Assembly: GCA_963746845.1 (NCBI GenBank)
Contig: CAVVCZ010000005.1
Span: 288,001-352,000 of the forward strand
DNA: 64,000 bases
DNA from: an uncultured Chloroflexia bacterium
GTDB lineage: Bacteria > Chloroflexota > Limnocylindria > Limnocylindrales > CSP1-4
Direction: 5' to 3'
The notes under the pieces are model-generated. The model was not told where the DNA came from. It was given only the letters and a program-made list of their open reading frames with translations, and searched no databases. Positions 60,469 to 64,000 of the stretch are shown piece by piece; position 1 is the stretch's first letter; each line of letters opens with the position of its first letter. The position numbers were made by a program, and so were the translations under genes.

Positions 60469-61148
60469 GCGGGATCGGCGCCGAGCCGCCGGGCCCGGCC
60501 GGCCCCGGCGATCGCCAGGTGGCGCTCGACCCAGGCGGCGACCGACGGCGCGACCTCGTCCGCCCCTGCGGCGAGGAGCTCGTCCCGGTCGCCGAGGACG
60601 GACTCGATGCCGACCGCCCGCGCCCCGACCGCCACCGCCATCTGCATGTCCGTCGGGGCGTCGCCGACGTAGACCGAGGCCTCCGGGCGATGCCCGTGGC
60701 CCGCGAGCCCGAGGGCCCGGCGGAGCGGCTCCGGATCCGGCTTGTGGACCGGCAGGTCGTCGCCGAAGACCCGGACCGGCAGGAGCACCCCCAGTCCGGT
60801 CCGCTCGAGCTGCGGCTCGACGACGACCCGATGGCCCGCCGTCACGATCCCCAGCGTGGCTCCGGCGTCGCGGAGCCGCGCCAGCGCCGCCGCGGCGCCG
60901 GCGAACGCCCGGATCGAGTCCCCGTCGTCCGCGAACGCGGTCTCCCAGAGGCTGTTCGCCTCGTCGAGCCGGTCGTCGGGCACGCCGAGCCGGCGATACA
61001 TCTCGCGCCAGTCCGGCGCGTAGTTGCGCCGGTACGAGACGACGTCGAAGGGCAGCCCGAACGCCTCCATGACCGCCGCGTTGGCGGCGTGGAACGCCCC
61101 GAGCGAATCGACGAGGGTCCCATCCCAGTCGAAGAGGATCGCCTCCAT
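60465..61148 (-). CDS. HAD family hydrolase
   Basis: FDWDGTLVDS, KPDP, YVGDAPTD. Confidence 0.93.
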   Translation of the reverse strand: MEAILFDWDGTLVDSLGAFHAANAAVMEAFGLPFDVVSYRRNYAPDWREMYRRLGVPDDRLDEANSLWETAFADDGDSIRAFAGAAAALARLRDAGATLGIVTAGHRVVVEPQLERTGLGVLLPVRVFGDDLPVHKPDPEPLRRALGLAGHGHRPEASVYVGDAPTDMQMAVAVGARAVGIESVLGDRDELLAAGADEVAPSVAAWVERHLAIAGAGRARRLGADPA

Positions 61149-61223
61149 CCGGGCCGATGCTAGACGATCGCCGGGCACGTTCGGCCCGGGGACCGGCCGG
61201 GGATGATGCCGTAGACTCCGGCG

Positions 61224-61790
61224 GTGCCCGAGCCGCCCGACCATCCCGCGATCCTGCGCGTCCGCGAGGCCGCGTCGCGGAAGGGCGTGACGCTCGACGT
61301 CCGGGTCTTCGACGCGTCGACCCACACCGCGGAAGAGGCGGCCGCGACGGTCGACGCGGAGCTCGGCCAGATCGTCAAGTCGCTCGTCTTCGTGACGCCG
61401 GCCGACGACGGTGTGCTGGAGCCGGTGCTCTGCCTCGTCAGCGGCCCGAACCGGGTCGACCTCGCGCGGCTGGCGGCGGTCGCCGGTTCGCTGGACGTCC
61501 GGCGCGCGACGGCCCGCGAGGCGCAGGAGCTGACCGGCTTCACGATCGGCGGCATCCCGCCGTTCGGCCACGCCCGCCCGATCCGGACGATCATGGATCC
61601 GGACCTGACCCGGTTCCCGGTCGTGTGGGCCGCGGCGGGAACGCAGACCGCCGTCTTCCCCGTCCCGCCCGGCACGCTCCGGATCCTGTCGAACGCCACG
61701 GTCGCCCCGATCGCGGAGGAGCGGCGGGCCGCGGACCTCGAGGCCGAGGCGCAGGCTCGCGCCGCCGCGAGCCCCAACACCGGGGCGTGA
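61224..61790 (+). CDS. YbaK/EbsC aminoacyl-tRNA deacylase family protein
   Basis: THTAEEAA, QIVKSL, TGFTIGGIPPFGH, WAAAG. Confidence 0.92.
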   Translation: MPEPPDHPAILRVREAASRKGVTLDVRVFDASTHTAEEAAATVDAELGQIVKSLVFVTPADDGVLEPVLCLVSGPNRVDLARLAAVAGSLDVRRATAREAQELTGFTIGGIPPFGHARPIRTIMDPDLTRFPVVWAAAGTQTAVFPVPPGTLRILSNATVAPIAEERRAADLEAEAQARAAASPNTGA

Positions 61791-62383
61791 CGGACCGAGG
61801 CGCTGCGGCCCCCGCCCAGCCGCGCGACGCGACGATCGGCTACCCGGGTGGGTTGCGCGCCCGGTGGCGATGGGCCGGGAGCGGCCAGGGCGCCGCGGTG
61901 TTCGCGCTGACGGAGGCCGGCGGCACCCTGGAGGACCTCGGGCCGCTGGTCTCGCCCGCGTACGAGGAGCTGTGCCGGGCCGAGCTCCGGGTCGACGGAC
62001 CGGCCGGCGTCTGGACCGTCCGGCTCGCCTCGACGATCAGCGACGAGCCGGCGGGGCTGGTCTGGGACGACGCCGGGCTGCTCGTCGTGAAGTACGGCTT
62101 CCACACCTACGGCTTCGAGAGCCGGACCGGCGCGCTCCGCTGGTCGCATCGATCGGCGACCCCGGTCCTCGCGGTCTTCGGGTCGCCGCGCCTGCCCCAC
62201 GTCATCGTCCAGGCGGAGATCGAGACGTTCGCGATCGAGGCCGACGGGACGGTGGGCTGGCGGATCGCGCACAGCGACGTCGTGACGGAGGCGGCGCTCG
62301 TGGGTGGCCGACTCGTGCTGACGAGCTTCGGGGGCCCGTCGATGGCCGTGGATCCGGCAACGGGCCGCGCGTCGGCGGGCTGA
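61787..62383 (+). CDS. Hypothetical beta-rich protein (PQQ-like repeats possible)
   Basis: GTGA overlap; RTGALRW, DGTVGW and DPATG segments. Confidence 0.65.
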   Translation: MTDRGAAAPAQPRDATIGYPGGLRARWRWAGSGQGAAVFALTEAGGTLEDLGPLVSPAYEELCRAELRVDGPAGVWTVRLASTISDEPAGLVWDDAGLLVVKYGFHTYGFESRTGALRWSHRSATPVLAVFGSPRLPHVIVQAEIETFAIEADGTVGWRIAHSDVVTEAALVGGRLVLTSFGGPSMAVDPATGRASAG

Positions 62384-62387
62384 GGCC

Positions 62388-62494
62388 CCGGGCCGAGGCG
62401 CGCCGGGCAGCAAAGGGCCCGAAGGAACCTACCCGCGGCGTGGGCGTTGATGCGATCGCTGCCGTTAGCCTGCGCTCGACCCCTCCGGGCTGGA
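62388..62494 (-). ncRNA. Candidate sRNA with its own promoter
   Basis: TTGACC-N18-TAGCGT on the minus strand; nested stems GGGTCGAG/CTCGGCCC and GGCAGCGA/TTGCTGCC; cUUCGg tetraloop. Confidence 0.5.
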
Positions 62495-62616
62495 TCGAAC
62501 GCTATCGCCCCGTCATGGCCGGGGTCAATCCCCGTTGTCCACGACTTCGAACGCTGGCGCCGCGGTTATCCACAGCCTGTCCCGATCCGGACGAAGGCGC
62601 GGGCTATCATCGGGCC

Positions 62617-63618
62617 GTGACTCCCCTCTCCCTCGCGGCCGTGGGTCTGCTCGCCCTCGTGATGGCGGGACTGATCCTCCGAACGTTCGGTCCGCGATAC
62701 CGGGTGGCGCGATTGCTCGCCACGACCCCGCGGGTGTCGGTCGCGGAGGCCAGCGCGATGGCCCGCGACGGGCGCCGCGCCTATGTCCGCGTCGACGGCC
62801 GGATCGACACCGAGGAGGACTTCGAGGGCCCGGACCACCAGCCGCTCGTCCTCCGCCGGGTCCGCCTGGAGCGGCGGTCGGGCCGGCGCTGGCGGGCGTT
62901 CGAGGACCACCGGCAGGTCGTTCCGTTCTCGATCAACGAGGGCCTCGACACGATCGCGGTCGACACGGACGCGCTCGACACCGGGCTGGTCGTCGTCCTC
63001 CGCGAGTCGGTCGGGACGGCCGCCGACCTCGCCGACCGGGTCCCTGCCGGAACCCCGCCGGACGCGCCCGTCAGGGCCCGGATCGAGCAGCTGTCCTCCG
63101 TGGAGCATGCGGTCGTGCTCGGCTATCCGGTGCCGTTGCCGGGGTCGCCGGCACCGGCCGACCCGGCCCCGCCGCCGACGGCGTCGCCCGAGCCGACGGC
63201 GCGGATCACCGCCGGACGGTCGCGGCCGCTGATCGTGACCGCCCTCGAGACGGACGAGGCGATGCGGATCCTCGCCGCCGACGGCCGGGGCCGGACCCGT
63301 CTCGCCGGTGCGCTCATCGCGGCCGCCGCGATCCTCCTCGCGGGCTCTGCAGTGTGGGCGTTGATCGGTGCCGTCGCGCCGGCGATCACGGCCCTCGTCC
63401 CCGGGTTCGGCGGGCTCGTGGCGACGACGCTGGCCGCCAGCCCCGAGGCCACCGCGGCGGCCGGCGGCGACCCCCGCAGCAACGGCCAGGGGCCGGGCCT
63501 CGTGGGGACGCCCGGCCTGGCGATCCTCGCGGTCGCCACGATCGCGATCCTCGCGATCGTTGTCACGACGGTGTACGTCCGGCTGACGGCCCCGACCCGT
63601 CGCGACCCGCCGCGCTGA
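62617..63618 (+). CDS. Hypothetical membrane protein (GIDE-like soluble domain between TM segments)
   Basis: TATCAT-N6-GTG; N-terminal TM, YVRVDGRI...VPFSI, C-terminal TMs. Confidence 0.7.
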   Translation: MTPLSLAAVGLLALVMAGLILRTFGPRYRVARLLATTPRVSVAEASAMARDGRRAYVRVDGRIDTEEDFEGPDHQPLVLRRVRLERRSGRRWRAFEDHRQVVPFSINEGLDTIAVDTDALDTGLVVVLRESVGTAADLADRVPAGTPPDAPVRARIEQLSSVEHAVVLGYPVPLPGSPAPADPAPPPTASPEPTARITAGRSRPLIVTALETDEAMRILAADGRGRTRLAGALIAAAAILLAGSAVWALIGAVAPAITALVPGFGGLVATTLAASPEATAAAGGDPRSNGQGPGLVGTPGLAILAVATIAILAIVVTTVYVRLTAPTRRDPPR

Positions 63619-63785
63619 CCGTCGCGAGCCCCTCGGGCGGCGTCGCGAACCACGCGGGGAACCAGGGGATTCGCCTCGATTTCGGAGCCTCCCGAACGGG
63701 TGCGGGACTTTCGTCCTATTGGAAAGAACTGTGAGATTGATAGGCTCCGGCCCGTCGACTTGACATTTCCTCCAGTGGGACATCC

Positions 63786-64000
63786 GTGCCGAGCGCGCCT
63801 CTCACCCGCCCGATCGACGCCACCCTCTCGGTGACCAAGGCCGCCCGACTGCTGGGCGTCCATCCGAACACCGTGCGGGCATGGAGTGATGCGGGGCGCC
63901 TCCGCTACTACCGGATCAACCCGCGGGGCGACCGCCGCTACCGGCTCGGCGACCTGCAGCGGTTCCTGGCGGCGGCCGAGAACAGCCCGGATGTGGGTCC
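63786..64000 (+). CDS. Protein with an N-terminal MerR/excisionase-type HTH (truncated by the window end)
   Basis: LSVTKAARLLGVHPNTVRAWSDAGRLRYYRINPRGDRRY; TTGACA at 63760. Confidence 0.8.
   Translation, partial: MPSAPLTRPIDATLSVTKAARLLGVHPNTVRAWSDAGRLRYYRINPRGDRRYRLGDLQRFLAAAENSPDVG

Noticed and set aside
62535-62574. DnaA boxes suggesting oriC
   Set aside because: Only one perfect and one imperfect box, no AT-rich unwinding element and no dnaA/dnaN nearby
63786-64000. Excisionase-like HTH as a sign of a prophage or ICE
   Set aside because: No integrase or phage genes in view; this HTH type is common at the N-terminus of signalling proteins and the gene is truncated by the window

Overview
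High-GC (visually about 70%), gene-dense bacterial chromosomal region. Gene content and style suggest a Chloroflexota/Terrabacteria organism, possibly Limnocylindria-like; this is inference, not tested. About 70 CDS and two tRNAs (initiator Met-CAT, Lys-TTT) are supported. No CRISPR array, transposase or integrase was seen. Main modules: proline metabolism (ProDH, proC), a polyamine ABC transporter, an A2-type heme-copper oxidase cluster, a ppc / GAF-kinase + response regulator / gltB / amtB carbon-nitrogen cluster, a TetR-MDR-SDR block abutting tRNA-Lys, a molybdate operon lacking modC, and a b6-type Rieske/cytochrome b operon. The strongest candidate for an under-described system is a respiratory chain wired with blue-copper domains. 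Type-1 cupredoxin domains are fused to oxidase subunit II, to a split and duplicated subunit-IV-like protein, and to the cytochrome c of the Rieske/cytb complex. That complex is also co-encoded with a GltD/NfnB-like NAD(P)H flavoprotein-ferredoxin fusion and a membrane-anchored Kelch propeller. Also noted: an amtB-gltB pair with no adjacent glnK or gltD, next to a PtsP-like GAF kinase and 11-bp-periodic GCAAC boxes; three candidate structured sRNAs; a dispersed covarying repeat; an unannotated 33-aa peptide gene; a start-less Zn-ribbon extension in frame behind a TGA; and widespread leaderless-type promoters. All calls are from reading the sequence and ORF track by eye; no searches were run.
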